This document shows, piece by piece, positions 1 through 13,567 of a stretch of DNA of 64,000 nucleotides. The stretch comes from Eledone cirrhosa (Eukaryota). The number at the start of each line of letters is the position of its first letter. Position 1 is the first letter of the stretch. The stretch is taken from positions 73,036,001 to 73,100,000 of the forward strand of contig OZ024745.1 of NCBI GenBank assembly GCA_964016885.1. The letters are read 5' to 3'. The position numbers were made by a program, and so were the translations under genes. The notes beneath the pieces were generated by a model, which worked only from the letters and a program-made list of their open reading frames with translations, searched no databases and had not been told where the DNA came from.

Positions 1-554
1 AACATCAGGTTTGAAAAGCTGCGTAATATTTATCTATCAAACTTTGTTCTGAGTGAGATTTACAGAATTCTTTCTCTCTCTCACACAAGCACACACACAC
101 AGGCAAATGATCGAAAATAGAAAGGGTTAGTCATGTCACTAATTGACCGTTGGTCTTTATGAATATCAACATTATAATCAAATATATGTTGATGATATCG
201 AGTGAAAAAATAAAAATGAGTTCAACATGTGTAAAATATATATGTTTAGTTTTCTATTAATCAGCTATAATCCTAATGTTCAATAGACTCTTGCTACATA
301 TACTGTCAATTAGGAGTAGTGATTCAAAAGCACTGGTTGGTCTGCTTCTTTGGGCATAAAAAATATTGTTCATTATGGCATTTAAGACTTTGAGTTGATA
401 TTAATTAAATTAATTAATTAATTTGCAAGCAGTATTCATGAAAAAGTGTATACTATTTATGTATGGTTCAAATCCTGAAGTCAAAATACAAAATCTGTAA
501 AAATAAACAAACCTCAGGCTGGAAAAAAATTACATATTTGGTAGGGTTCAAATG

Positions 555-1260
555 CTAATCCTCTTCAAAGTAGACCCCTTGTGTTTCCACAGAGCCCAGC
601 AATTCTTCCACTATTTGAAGCATATGTGAAATGTTTCTTCTAGAATAGCTCTCAGCTCTGCTGTTACTGTCTCTCTCAAAGCAGGAAACTTTCAGTGGTA
701 TCTTCATTTTGCAGGGCAACCTGAAGTTAAATGGGGCCATATTTGGAGAGGAGGGAGGATGATGAATGAGAAACGTGCTTTTTTGAGGGGCAAGAAATCT
801 TGGATCAGCTGCCGAATGAACTGAGACATTGTCATTGTGCATATGCCAGGATTCTGAGGCTCACAAATCCTGTCTCTTGTGCTGAACTGCATCACAATGA
901 TGTTGGAGGACTTCTTCATAGTAACCCTTTGTAACTATTTGTCCTTCTGATGCATATTCCTGATGCATAACATTTCAGTCATCAAATATTTAGCATCAGC
1001 TTGATTTTGATTTGTATCTGATGTGCTTTTGTGAGTCTTGGTGACATTGGATGCTTTCATTGTGATGACTCAGCTCTGATGTCCAAGTCGTACTATACAC
1101 CTATATCTCATCTTCAGTTATCACAGTATTCAGGAACTCAGGATCCAGGTCCTTCATAACCTTAAGATGAAGTTATTGTTGTTCCTGAGAAAGCAACATG
1201 GTTATAAATTTCACTTTCACTCTGTGAATGCCCAAATTTTCCTTTAAAATTGAATGTTGA
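555..1260 (-). mobile_element. Degenerate mariner (Tc1/mariner DDD) transposase relic
   Basis: ORF 555..842 has HNDN..H, HPPSSPNMAPFNF (YSPDLAP-like) and the C-terminal GVYFEED typical of mariner transposases. Upstream minus-strand sequence encodes a broken TGDETWVY-like motif. Multiple stops and frameshifts. Confidence 0.8.
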
Positions 1261-1289
1261 GAATCTTTACTGATTTCCCACACTATCAC

Positions 1290-1540
1290 CCTTTTAACAC
1301 TTATTTCACCCTACTTGCATGGAAGGGCAGTTGTCTTCTCCAGCACTGTGCATCACATTCCATTGTTATCCCTATTGTGAGGTTTAGCTTTTTGATGTTA
1401 TCTTTCACCAATTTATCCTAGGTTTTCCTCTTCCACAGTTCCATCTACTTTGTGTGACCTGAACATCTTTATATAGCTAACAACTTCCACAAGCATCACA
1501 TATCCATAGGAGGGTCCTACATCTGATCCTGCTTAATTTC
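1290..1540 (-). mobile_element. Old RTE LINE 3' fragment
   Basis: Minus strand reads ..VDGTVEEENLG.., a degenerate RTE C-terminal G.GRP.K.W region resembling other RTE copies in the window. Confidence 0.45.
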
Positions 1541-1794
1541 AGTTCTTCTCTCAACACAGTAATGATTTATCATTTAAGTAAACTTTCATGGCCTGATCCA
1601 TCAACTTCATGCCTCAACAGTTTCTTCTCTTTGCCTTTGTAGCTATGCTAGTCATTGGGTATGACATTACCTAATATACTATACGTGATGATAACATGTT
1701 ACCTGCCATACTGGATATTTTCAGCATCTCAGGGACTATCTCAGATTGTTGAAATCAATTTGTGGAGAAGAGGGAAATGACACAAAACATTTAC

Positions 1795-1860
1795 CTGTGT
1801 GAAGAAGGCAAGTACAAATAAAACTCTTAGCAGAAACAACTTTGGCTGCCTATCAGCCAT
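1795..1860 (-). CDS. Candidate first coding exon of a host secreted/membrane protein (exon 1795-1918; signal-peptide-like MADRQPKLFLLRVLFVLAFFTQ)
   Basis: Minus strand: pyrimidine tract plus tttcag acceptor (1919-1920), ATG at 1860 in gagtATGG context, 22 codons with basic N-region and hydrophobic core, then a cag|gtaaat donor at 1794. Sequence does not look repetitive. Confidence 0.5.
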
Positions 1861-2184
1861 ACTCTCCTCCTTTGATGGTCACTTGGGCAATGGAACTACC
1901 TCAGAAATATTGAAAACCCTGAAACATTCAATGAAAGAAACAATAACATTTTAACATTATTAAGAAATGTATCAAACCATAAATAAAATAAAAGTAAATG
2001 TTCATTTTTTAAAACTAGTTTTTCTGCACACATTCCAATTTCTATAAGGAATTTAATATTTTTCTTTTAATTTGTCAAAGAAAGGGACATAGTACTGATA
2101 AATAATTCATGTCCACTTAAACTGGGGATTAGGTGAGCTCAACGATATTAAATATATTTAATTTTCAGTTTAAAGTATTGTATT

Positions 2185-2310
2185 TATGGGTGTAGACATG
2201 TCTTCAAAATCCTGAGGTACTGCATTCAATCCCACTGCATGGTATCTTGGGCAAGTGATCAAAGTCTTGTGAGAGAAATTCATTAGACATAAACTATTTA
2301 GAAATCTGTC
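2185..2310 (+). mobile_element. tRNA-derived SINE fragment (CORE-like)
   Basis: B-box-like 'cattcaatcccactgc' followed by 'cttgggcaagtg' core-like motif. Confidence 0.55.
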
Positions 2311-2348
2311 ATATGAACTGCACGCAATTCAAAGGTTAGTATTGTCAG

Positions 2349-2730
2349 GTGATCTCCGATTTGCACTTGATTGGTTTGATGCCAAGTGCTGGAATGAAAA
2401 TCAGTGCTGCAAAAACTGAGACACTCGTTCACTCAAGGAATCCTGTGCAGTGCACTCTTCATGTGAATGGAGTTCCACAGAAGCAGGTAGAGCAGTTCAA
2501 GAATATCAAGGCCTCGTTCATGAGAAATGGAAGGCTGGAAGCTAAATTAAGTGCAAGAATTGCAGGAACTTGTGCAATAATGTGCCAGCTTCAGCATTCA
2601 GTAATCAAAAGAAGAAAGTTTGGTGTAAAAGCCAAACTCACTATCTTCAATTTGGTATTCATGCCAACCCTTACCTATGGTCATGAATCTTGGGTAGTGA
2701 CCAACAGAATATGATCGTGAATACAAATTT
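2349..2730 (+). mobile_element. RTE LINE fragment (RT C-terminal region)
   Basis: GMKISAAKTE, QVEQFK, PTLTYGHESW motifs. Same family as 22790-23230. Confidence 0.8.
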
Positions 2731-2734
2731 ATTG

Positions 2735-2850
2735 CCCTCAAAAGGATGAAAAGCAAAGCTGACCTCGGCAGGATTTGAACTCAGAGAGCCAGAACAGATA
2801 CTGCAAAGCATTATATCTGATGTTCTATAGACTCTACCAATTTGCTGCCT
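2735..2850 (-). mobile_element. tRNA-derived SINE copy (family A)
   Basis: 'ggatgaaaagcaaagctgacctcggcaggatttgaactcag' is the reverse complement of B-box GAGTTCAAATCC plus the conserved GC(C/T)TTTCATCC core repeated across the window. Confidence 0.75.
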
Positions 2851-2989
2851 TCCTCAGAAAATAAGAGTTTCTTAATTGGAACAACAATTCTCTCTGACAT
2901 GGAGCAGGAAAAAAAGAAAATCTTTCAAAATATAAAGACCAACAGAAAGAGTAAACAGGCAAAAGAATTAGTTTATTGAAAACGAAGAA

Positions 2990-3165
2990 ATTTACGATTC
3001 ATCTATGTTTACATATCTAAAATAAAGAACACAAAATGAAGATAAAAATGCAAAAAAATTTAAATAGAAAAAGGAAATGGGGGAGGGAGCAATAGACTTT
3101 ACACCCCAGTCAAGGGAGTATGTCTCAGCAGCGCTCCACAGATAGCAAATGCATTGCCGGAGAAA
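2990..3165 (-). mobile_element. 3' end remnant of CRE-clade LINE
   Basis: Minus strand 'ctccggcaatgcatttgctatctgtggagcg' (GNAFAI) matches the 3' end of the CRE copy at about 4150-4190, followed by a similar T-rich 3' UTR. Confidence 0.5.
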
Positions 3166-3734
3166 AAAGACAGTGACACCTGCTACATCAGCCACTATAC
3201 CTCATGGGCTCCTTCCTCAGATGGGATGTGCTCTTCCCGGTTTTGTAGAGAAAAACAGCAGTACAGGGACCAATGATACATGGAGTTTTGACAGCAACCA
3301 GCACAAAAAGGAAGACAATATATTGTTTCTTAATATTCCTGTTGCCCTTAGTATTCTAATGATAGGGATGATAGGAATAGAAAAGACAATGAATACTTTA
3401 CATGAAAAACTTCGACAAAGTAAATGAATTTGGTGCAATTGTGAACACTTTATACTCACTAATTGTGCCAATGCAGATCATCACACCTTTTCTTAACCAT
3501 ACTGTTTACAATAAGATAACATTACTAAGAACTGAACACATGTAGCAACCTCATCAACTTATGAAATATATTCACACCAAAAACATTAGAAACGCACTGA
3601 ATTTTGAATCATATTATAAAAGAAAATTATATTAGACATTCTTTAATGGTCAATAAATCATTTGAGCTGAGACAAGCTATATTGACCACATATGATGGGA
3701 GGCTTCATTTTCAACATCAAGATTAAATTGACCA

Positions 3735-3850
3735 CAGTGCATTACTGGTACTTTATTTTATCAACCCTGTAAAAATGAAAGGCAAAACAAACCACAGTAG
3801 GATTTGAACTCAGAACATAAAGAAACATAACTGCACCAATACTGCCAATA
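3735..3850 (-). mobile_element. tRNA-derived SINE copy (family A)
   Basis: 'tactggtactttattttatcaaccc...atgaaaggcaaa...ggatttgaactcag'. Confidence 0.75.
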
Positions 3851-4009
3851 CACTACCTTTTCAACCTGGAAGGTCATCCAGTTGTATTAACTGAACCACA
3901 AACAGTTCTGTATGAGTAAGACACAGTCACCTGACCTGACTTATTTTTGAGGTTATTACTATTTATTTACAGTAGTAAATTGATGTTTATAATAGTAAAA
4001 ACAATTTAA

Positions 4010-6365
4010 TAGAAAAAGAAAAAAATGTTCAGATTGAGAAGAAAGAATGGAATGTAAAATAAGAAAATATAAAAAATGGAAAAGGAAGGGAAAAGCAAGG
4101 GCTCTAGTGTCAATGAAGAAGGGTGATTGGACTCAACACTAATGGAGCTGCTCTCCACAGACAAGACTGCAAAAGCATTCTCGCGGAGAATGGCCAACAA
4201 TACCCGCTGCAACAGCCACCCCACCTAGCGGGGCTCCTTCAGCAGATGGGCTGCCAATATTCTGATCTTGGGGAGAAGTTCAGCAGTATGCCTGAGGTCT
4301 CAAAAGTGACCAGTGCAATGAGCAAGCAGCCGGACAATCCCTGGTATTTGTTTATCTTTCTTTCCTCTGCATAGTGGACTGTAGTACCAGGGTTTGTGGC
4401 CAAAGCAACTAAATTGGAGGTTGAGAACAGGTCACAACATGTGGCCTCCCAGATGAGGAATTTACCTCCTTCAAATGGGAAGAGGCCAATTCGATCAGGC
4501 CGCTTGCCGTCTCCGCGATCAAGGCCTGCTGGCTCCAGTTGTAATGGGAAGCCAGATACATCCAGGCTCCTTCTCAATATGTGTCATTGAGAGTGGCATG
4601 TTGGGGGAACTGGCCTGCGTTCTGACTGCAAGACTGGATGCAGACCGAACTTGACAACGACCACCCCAGAACGGCAGAACCAAAGAAGGCTGAGGCATTG
4701 GGCCACTCCGATGTGAATGCACTCGTCATTAAGAAGGGTACCAGTTGATTAAGAAGGGTACCAGTTGATTAAGAGGGCACCAAATTCAGCTACACGCCAC
4801 TGGTTGGCTGTAAAGAAGAGCAAAGGCAGGCAAGGTGGTGCTGGTCTAAACCAGACTCGATCCGCCTGAAAGAAGACCTGCATTTGATGTCGTCCCAGTT
4901 ACATTAGACATTTGTATACTGGGGGACAAGAGAAGCCTTTACCTGTCCAGTCGACCAGAGCCTGTTCAAGCTCTGGAACAAAATCAGGTTTGGCCGCCTG
5001 GCTGAGAACCTCAATGAGAGCGTGACTGAAGGAGATTGAGGAAAGGTAGACAGGTAGAGCCAGCTCCGAAGCTGACTGGAGGCCAAGACAACCAAACCTC
5101 ACTAAGACCTTCACCTGTTGCCAGCCGGCGCTGTTGACCTTGCAGATGAGTTTTACACAGCGTCAGATGGTGGCATTGAGTTCACCAAGGAGATCTGGGG
5201 GTGACAGGTGCAATGCACAGCATGAACCAAAATTTGGGTAAGGTGGAGCAGTGCCTCAAGAAGAAGAGTGCCGGGTGAGCATGAATGAGACATAGCCTGT
5301 CTACCATTCAGAACAAATCTGCATGCTTGGTCTTCAGGCATTCTCTTATGGCTTTTGAGTAATTGGAGAGTCAAGAATGCATGTAGCATCTTTGTGTGTT
5401 AGACGAGTTCCGGACAGGATGGGTGCTGAGTGGGACATTGCCGAATTTGGGCTCTCCGTAGCTGATGTTTGTCACCTCAGACATGGATGGGTTGATCTCA
5501 AGTCCGAGGAGCTTTAGAGCTGAGATGATTTGACGAAAGTTCTCAACTACTGTCTCACTGTCTCACCCAGGCCACCCAGCAACGGGTCGACCAGGTACCA
5601 AATGTTAAGGGGCAACCAGACCGAGCGGGCAACATCATCAACTTTCAGTGCAAAGAGCAGTAAGCCAAGTGGGTATCCCTGCTGGATACCCGTGGCAGAA
5701 GTAACCCTGTTGTCAGCGGCCTTGTGTGAGCTGGGTCTTCTGTACGTGAGGAGAATGAGGGGGTAAATGGAGGGGGCTCATCTGAGATACGTCTCTAGTA
5801 TGTGATCCCATCTAACTCTGTTGAAGCCGTTTGTTATGTCTAGCTTCACAAGGAGATGGGGTGATGAAAGAGGCACATGCTCTATGAAATGTCTGGCCGT
5901 ATGAGCTGCGGCCTCACATCTACACTTGATTCCCAATCCAAGCTGAACAGGGCTTAGCACCTCACTCAGGTCATCTTTGACTTGCAAGCTATCTTGGCTG
6001 CAAGTCATTGGAAAACATTGCCCACCATGTCAGGGTGGACACCTCCATGAATCTTCCTAAGGGTGGTCAGACTGGCTGAGAAGAAAAGATTGTGGCAAAT
6101 GTTGGCTAATTTGACCTGGAGGAGACAGTTGCTGAAGGCTGTTAATGACTGGAGCAATCCTGTCCCTGCTTCTGCAGCATGAGACGAGACAAGGTCTCTC
6201 AGGTGACCAGGGTGCAAGCTGTCCACTCCACCACTCCTGCTACCTGGGAAAGATCTAAGGGCAGCTACTGCATGTCACTGGATGCAGCTAGAGAAAAAAA
6301 AATGTTAGCCGGGTCTGGAATGTCCTTGATGTCAGCTGTGGGGTCCGAATGTTTTAGGCAAAGCG
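4010..6365 (-). mobile_element. Degenerate CRE-clade non-LTR retrotransposon (RT + restriction-like endonuclease)
   Basis: Fragments LSPVQLGLG..CEAAAH, LVKLDITNGFN, GIQQGYPLG, GCLGL, EPAGLDRGDGKRPD..LFPFEGGKFLIWEATCCD, AEERKINKY and LLQRVLLAILRENA occur in colinear order. Confidence 0.85.
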
Positions 6366-7950
6366 CTGAACTGTGTGTTTTTTTTTGTTGTGACACCTAC
6401 ATGATCTCATTAGTTTGGACTGGATGTTGTGGTACCAAAATAACTTTATAGAGAAAGAGTGGTGTTGGCGGCAGTGAGGGGATGGAGTAGGGGTAGTGGG
6501 TTGGGGTGTGTTTGGTTTGGAGGAGCCTACTGACTGTAGGTTAACTTTGCATGTAGGGAGTGCGGGTCTTCTGTAATACTGCGTGGCGCCAAAGATCTCG
6601 ATCCAGTGACATTGTCTTAGAGAGGTACAAGTGTGTAAGGTCAGACTTTATCAAGTCGTCCCAGGTTTTTCTGGGTCTACTTACTCCGTAACTTCCATAA
6701 ATTTTGATCGCTCTGCTTCTTTTTATACAGCTGTCGTCTTTCATGCGCATCACGTGACCGTACCAATGTAGTCTTCTCACGAGTAAACACCATCTGATCC
6801 CTCTTATTCCTAATTTCTCACTTAGTTCATATATATTTTGCCATTCGTGTATATTACTATTACACATCCAATGGAGCATGCATGCTTCGTTCCTTTCCAG
6901 TCTGTGCAGGTCCTCTGCACACAATGCCCACATCTCACTGCCATGTAGCATTGCTGTTCGTATACAAGCATCATACAATCTGCTTTTCATTTTCAGAGAG
7001 AAACCTTTTGTGGCCAACAGCGGTATAAGCTCTCTGAACATTTTCCATCCCGTTCTAACTCTGGCTACTGTACTTTCAGAACACTCACAACCACTGCTGA
7101 TTTTGTCACCCAGGTAACGGAAAGTGTCCACTATTTCTATGGAACCATCTGGGCAGTAGAAGGAGCTAGTATCCTCTGGGCACTTGCTGCTTATTGCACC
7201 TGAGCATCGGCCGCATATAAAATCTACGTTCTTAGATAGCTTGCCTATGATCCCACTACATCTTTTATGTACCCATAGAATGAAATTTCTACCTACTCTT
7301 TTCCTACATACTGAGCATAGTCATTTCCCAGACGGCATCTGTGCCCTATTTTCCTTTCTACATACTAGAACTTTAGTCTTAGACAAGTTAACTTTAAGGC
7401 CTTTTGATTCTAGGCCATGCTTCCATGTTTGGAATTTATTCTCTAGTTCAGCCATAGATTCAGCTATGAGCGTTAGATCATCTGCAGTGTTAGTTCCCAT
7501 GGGCAGCCAGTCTTATACTCCTCTGTTATAGACTGAAGGGCAATAGTAAACAGGAGGGGGGAGCGCTAAGGACTGAGCCTTGATGAACCCCTGCTATTAC
7601 GCTAAATTCATCACTATATTCATTATTAATTCTAACCTTGTTGACTATTCCTCTATACATGGCTTGTATAGCTCTCACAAGCCATTCTTCCACGCCTAGT
7701 TTTCTAAGAGCCCACCAGATTAACGTGCGTGGGACTTTGTCAAAAGCCTTCTCCAGGTCAACAAAGCTAAGTAGAGGTGTTTACTGTTAGCTAGGCACTT
7801 CCCCTGTAATTGCCGTACAAGGAAAAGAGCATCCGTGGTACTTTCACCTGGCACAAACCCAAACTGCATTTCATCTAGATCAATTTGGTCTCTAATCAGT
7901 TGAGTAATAACTCTTTCTGTGACCATACCACTCATGACCTGTTGGGTCAC
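6366..7950 (-). mobile_element. RTE LINE fragment (RT, PHD-like finger, C-terminus)
   Basis: MQFGFVPGESTTDA, DTFRYLGD, AMLHGSEMW, RRLHWYGHVMRM, RPRKTW. Homologous to the 55263-57445 copy. Confidence 0.92.
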
Positions 7951-7989
7951 GTTGCCTTGAAGTTATTTTTTTAAATTATGTTCACTTAA

Positions 7990-9900
7990 AAATAACTTTT
8001 AAATAATTAAAATATACACAGATATGTATATGATGTAAAATGAAATTGGTCCAACAAAACTGGCAATCTATAACAAGTGGAGGGCAGTACTAACGCCCAA
8101 CTGCTACATAATGCTGTAACTAAGGATTACCGGAAAACTAATCGGAGTGTCATTAATGACATCAACGATGCTGGGTTTAAAATCACCTCTGAACTCAACA
8201 TCCAAGACTGAACTGTACCTCGGGACCCAATTTCTCCCCACTTTACCCTGAAGGATCACAAACCCAATTTCGCCAACAACCCCTCTATTCGGCTTATTAA
8301 ACCTACAAAGTCCGATTTAGGTAGACTTAGTAAAAGGATTTTAGATAGAATTATACCTGAAATTAGAAGCTTGGCCCCTCTTGCACTGTGGTATAATTCT
8401 TTCGCAGTGATTGATTGATACAATGGCATGTGCAACAAGGAACATTGCCGCTTTATCCAATTCGACACCAATAATTACTACTCCTTCATCACTTTACCAC
8501 TTCTTCTTAGAGCTATCAATTTCGCTAAAACGCTCACGGTGGTTAAGGATTTCAAAGTTGATATCATCCTCAATGCCCGTAAGTTGGTGATTAATTTTGA
8601 TGACTCTATTTGGATTGAAAAATCTAATAGTACCCCATTCGATGTGTGTATGGGGGCCAGCAATTTCGCGGAGGTTACTGATCTTATTGGCCTTTTCCTT
8701 CTTTTCTCTATCGAGGAAGAATTCCCCAATGTGAGTGGTGGTTTCTACCGCGATGACGGTCTTTTGACCATGACAAAGTGCGGTCCACGCACTTACGACA
8801 GGTTCAGAAAAGAACTCACAGCCTTCTTTAAAGGCTTCAACCTTTCCATACAGGTTGAGGCCAACCTCTCGTCATTAATTACCTCGACGTTACCCTCAAT
8901 TTGTCAAATGGCTTGCACTACCCGTATAGAAAGCCGAATGATATGCTTAATTACATAAGTAAGCATTCTAACCATCCTGCCAGTATAACCAAGAAACTGG
9001 TAAGAAACGTTTCTTTGAGGCTTTTCCGTTTATCTACAAATGAGCATATTTTCACCGACCATTCCACATATTACAATGAAGCTCTTGCTCAGAGTGGATT
9101 TATCGATAAGGTAGCATATACTAAGTATGAGCATAGACCAAGGAAAAATAGATCCCGAGGAATTATAACCCACCATATAATATGGAGATGGCCACACCAT
9201 TAGCTAAGATCTTTCTCTCCCTTATTAAGAAGCATTTCCCCTTAGCACATAAATATAATAACATTTTAAATAGAAATACCATTAAAATATCTTACTCTAC
9301 GACTCCTAACCTTGCTCATAACACCACTGCTTCAAATTTAGCTAAATTACCTAGCCGTAGGAACACGTGCAACCCTGTAGCTAGCACAAACTGTAATTGT
9401 AGGAATCAGGCTGACTGCCCTCTATCCGGGAAATGCTTCTCCAGTAACATTGTATACAAATGTAAGGTCGAAACACCCACGTCCCGTAGGGCCTACATAG
9501 GGTTAACCGCCAATAGATTCAAGCAGTGTCTTTACATGCACACCCATTCTTTTCTAACCCTTTAAGAAGGAATATGACGTCACTTTCAACTTATATCTGG
9601 AGTCTAAAAGACAACCACACCCAATATAGGTTACCCTGGGACATCCTAGCTAGGGCTAGGTCGTGTAACGGAAATAAAAGACCTTGTGATCTTTGCGCCT
9701 TTGAAGCCCTGGAAATACTCTATGCCAATGATCACATCTTAAACAAAAGATCTGAGGCAATCTCGGCTTGTAAACATAAATTGCATAAAACTTTCCTGTA
9801 TTACAGCCCCACATTACACCCTAATGGATCGTACAAACAATACGCGGATAATTTACGTCTTGATGTGGTAGCTAAGTATATTTTATGTTTATGAGCATTC
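7990..9900 (+). mobile_element. Degenerate Penelope-like element, Naiad-type (RT + GIY-YIG endonuclease)
   Basis: FTLKDHKPNF, FIQFDTNNYY, PFDVCMGASNFAEVTDLIGLFLL, GFYRDDGL, PYRKPN..YISKHSNHP, CNCRNQADCPLSGKC..NIVYKC..YIGLT, CDLC..E, LNKRSE..ACKH. Frameshifted. Confidence 0.9.
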
Positions 9901-9910
9901 CATAGACACG

Positions 9911-10448
9911 TGTAACACATATACACACACATAGATACACATACATAGATATATAGTGAGCAAAGGCACTACTTACTGCGGCGGAACAATTGGGTTGCAC
10001 TTGGTAAATCGCCGGACCTCTAAATCGGCGGCGTAGAAATACCGAAAAACAACTTCCGCCCAACTAAAAAATTCGCGCCTTTTTTTTAACTTCAAAAACA
10101 GTTGCAGCTTCTACTTCAGACAAGCAAGACGTTATGCAAATCGCTTTTTTGGAGCAACTGGCAAGATGAAACATTTACCAGAGGATTTTGGCCCTCTCGG
10201 CAGGGACCCAGCAACCACTTACCAAGATATATGCCACAACTGCGTCTAGCATTTTATTGTAATATTTTAAGAAAAAAATAAATCCTTTGATAATCAACCA
10301 CAACGGCGTTTTCCTTCCTTATCCGTCTACATGGACTACCAACCTTACACACGCAGCCTTAACACATCATCTCATTCGGATCATATCTACACAATATGAA
10401 ATACGGTGATCAACCAAAAATATTATTCTAAATATCTTCATCTGTTAA
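9911..10448 (+). mobile_element. Putative 5' LTR of the Ty3/Gypsy element
   Basis: Begins TGTAACA (9911) and ends TGTTAAA (degenerate TGTTACA) immediately before a PBS-like sequence. No 3' LTR is present to confirm it. Confidence 0.55.
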
Positions 10449-10450
10449 AA

Positions 10451-10469
10451 TGGTGACCTACCCGACGTG
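10451..10469 (+). promoter_or_regulatory. Primer-binding site, tRNA-Trp-like
   Basis: 'tggtgacctacccgacgtg' is TGGTGACCCCGACGTG with a 2-3 nt insertion. A tRNA-Trp PBS is typical of CsRn1-clade elements. Confidence 0.6.
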
Positions 10470-10799
10470 GGAATATTTCTGTGTGAAATTTTCCTTGAAG
10501 AAAAATTTTTTTAGCAGCTGTTTGAAATTACTAATCCTGGGGATATTTTTAAAATGGCTACCAACGGCGACTACAACAGCAACATTAACAACAACGAAAG
10601 CAAGGGCAGCGGTTATAATTATACCACTGCCAACAACTTTAATAACATTGCACACACATGGTACGATATTCTGAAGGTAATTTTTTACACTCAACTCCAT
10701 TGGTGGAAATATAAAACATGGTTTGCTTTTGTTCGGTTTAAAACTAAGAAAAACATTTTTTTTCTTTTTCTCTTCGAATGGAGAATTCAATAAGTAGCT

Positions 10800-13566
10800 A
10801 AGGATAAATATTTCTTTTTGCCTGAAGGATATTGTTCGCCAGTCTTATTTCATACGGACCGCACCTCTCTGTAATTATGAACCACTCGCCTTTACCAGCG
10901 TTCAATGGTGATGTACGAGTTTGGTTCGCACAAATTGAGTCCTACTTCAAGGCAAGCTATATCGATTCGGAGCGCCATTCCTGCATCCTTGTCGCTCACG
11001 CTGAAAGATTTAATTACGGATACACCTCCTTGCGCCTCGTATGCATCGTTAAAGACTGAAATTCTCCGTAGGACATCTCTTTCGGTGAAAAAGCGGTTTC
11101 ACACACAAGTTCATCACGAACATTTGGACGACAGGACGCCGACCCAGCTCCTGCGTAGGATGAAGGAGCTTGCTGAAGGCTCTTCCGAGGACAATTCCAT
11201 GCTAAAGCAACTGTTCTTCTCGCGTTAACCTTGGAGTGTGCAGGTCATTCTGGCTCCTATGATGGAGGTCAGCAGTGTTGACCAGTTGGCTTCTTCGGCT
11301 GATAAACTCCTCGAATAATCAGAGAGCAAAGGTACCGAAGGGTTTGCCGCTGTTTCTTTCTCTCCTGCTACAGTGGCAGCAGCTACTTCCGACGTTGATT
11401 CAATAATGTCACAGGCCATCCTGGAGTTGACTCGTGAGGTAAAGGAAATGCGGGCTTCTCTTGATTCTCGCCAGAGCCGACGGCGATCGTCCAGGCGCCC
11501 CTCCTCACCTGGACGCCGTTCTTTTTCTCCTGCTTCTTCATCTATGTGCTGGTACCACGAACGTTTCGCAGAGAGAGCTCGTAGATGCATTAAACCCTGT
11601 TCTTATGTCAATCCAGGAAACGCAAGCATGGGACGCTGAGCGCGGCAGCCGTCCATAGTACACATTTCCTAACCGTGCATTTTTCGTGGAAGATTTTTCT
11701 ATCGCGTAAGCTCTTTCTGGTGAATTCTGGCGCTTCTTGCAGTATTTGGCCTGCGAAATTCCTCAAGGACACTTCCTTCAGAGATCACCCTGCAGGTGGT
11801 GAATTATTCGCCTATCAAAACTTTTGGTCAGATCTCGCTTTCTTTGGATCTAAACTTACGCCGCGACTTTAAATGGATATTCGTTATAGCTGCCCTGGCA
11901 TATTAAATCCTGAAAGCAGATGTTCTCCACCACTACTCGCTTTTGGTGGACATTCGTAAACAACGCCTCCTAGATAATACTACCAACTTTTCAATTCGTG
12001 GCAAGAATTCCAGTGCTCCATCAGTTAGCCCGATATTTTTCATCGCTGCTACAGGAAAAGAATATCATAAACTTTTGGACACTTTTCCGGCGCTTACTAA
12101 CTTAAATTTCCAAGTGAATAGTTCTGCTCACTCTATAAACCATTTATCTCTACGAACGGGCCACCAGTATTTTCTCGACCTCGTCGTTTACCTCCAGACA
12201 GATCAAAGGCTGAGTTTGATCACATGCTCCAACTGGGAATTATTGGTACATCTCCGCTGCATATGGTTCCCAAGGGCTCTGGAGATTGGAGACTCACGGG
12301 CGATTTTAGAGGACTAAATGCCATTTCTGTTCCTGATAGACATCCTATTCCTCATCACCAGGATTTTTCGTCTTCGTTACAAGGAAGCACAATATTTTCT
12401 AAGCTCAAACTTGTACGAGCTTACCAGTTAACCCTGAGGATATTCCGAAAACAGCAATAACATCACCCTTCGGCTCTTTTGAGTTTTTGACAATGCCATT
12501 TGACCTCAGAAATGCCGCTAGCACTTTTCAACGATATATAGACGGGGTCATTTGTGGTTTGGACTTTGTCTATGCTTATATCGACGATCTCTGATTGCCA
12601 GTTCTTCTGCTGTTGAACATATTCACCATTTAAAACTACTCTTCCAGCGCCTTTAGGATTACCGTGTATGTATTAACCCTGCGAAGTGTGTTTTCGGCGC
12701 TGCTTCACTTGTCATTTTGGGCCACATTATCAATTCAGAGGGAATGTCACCACTTCCTGATAAAGTGAAGGCTCTTCAAGAACTCCCTCCGCCTACTTCC
12801 TTGCAACAGCTGTGGCAGTTCCTTGGTCTCTTGAATTACTACCGCCGATTTATTCTGCATTGTGCAGAACTCTTGTTTCCACTGTCTAATCTGTTACGCG
12901 GCAGAAAATAGAAGAATGAACCTATTTCTTTGGGTCCAATGCAACTTGAGGCATTCTCTAAAGTCAAACTTGAATTAGCTAACGTATCTCTTCTTGCACA
13001 CCCTGTGTCTGGTGCCCAGCTTTCGTTGATGAATCGAACACAGCTCTAGGTGCAGTTTTGCAGCAGCATCACCATCAACATCTACAACCTCTTGCTTTCT
13101 TTTAAAAGCGGCTAAAGCCCACCGAAACCCACTATAGCACTTTCGGCCACGAACTTTTAGCTATTTTCTTGGCTGCCAAACATTTTCGACATTTACTGGA
13201 AGACCGACAATTTATGATCCTTACCGACCATCATCCGCTTACGTTCATATTTCGTTCCAAGCCGGATAAATACTTGCCTCGGGAAACTCGTCATTTGTAC
13301 TTCATTTCCCAGTTTACGAATGACATTCGCCATATCCCTAGTAAACAAAATAAAGCGGTGGATGCCTATCTCGCCTGCACATCAATTCCTTGTCAGCACC
13401 TGCGAATATTGACTTGCTATCCTCTCTACAGTCTGGCACACCCCGGAATTTCAACCACAGTGAAACTCATTTCGGCTAGATTCTTCTGGCCGAATATGAA
13501 ACGTGATATCACTGCTTGGTTACATTCCTGTTTGTCTTGTCAGAAGTCGAAGGTGCATAAGCATAT
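10800..13566 (+). mobile_element. Degenerate Ty3/Gypsy (CsRn1-like) gag-pol
   Basis: Gag FNGDVRVWFAQIESYF and CWYHERFAERARRCIKPC, protease [30 protein letters not shown] and YAYIDDL, RNase H LTDHHPL, integrase zinc finger HPGISTT..RFFWPNM..CLSCQKSK. Truncated in integrase. Confidence 0.92.
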
Positions 13567-13567
13567 T

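Noticed and set aside
4728-4777. 20-bp tandem repeat attaagaagggtaccagttg
   Set aside because: A small slippage duplication inside the decayed CRE element.
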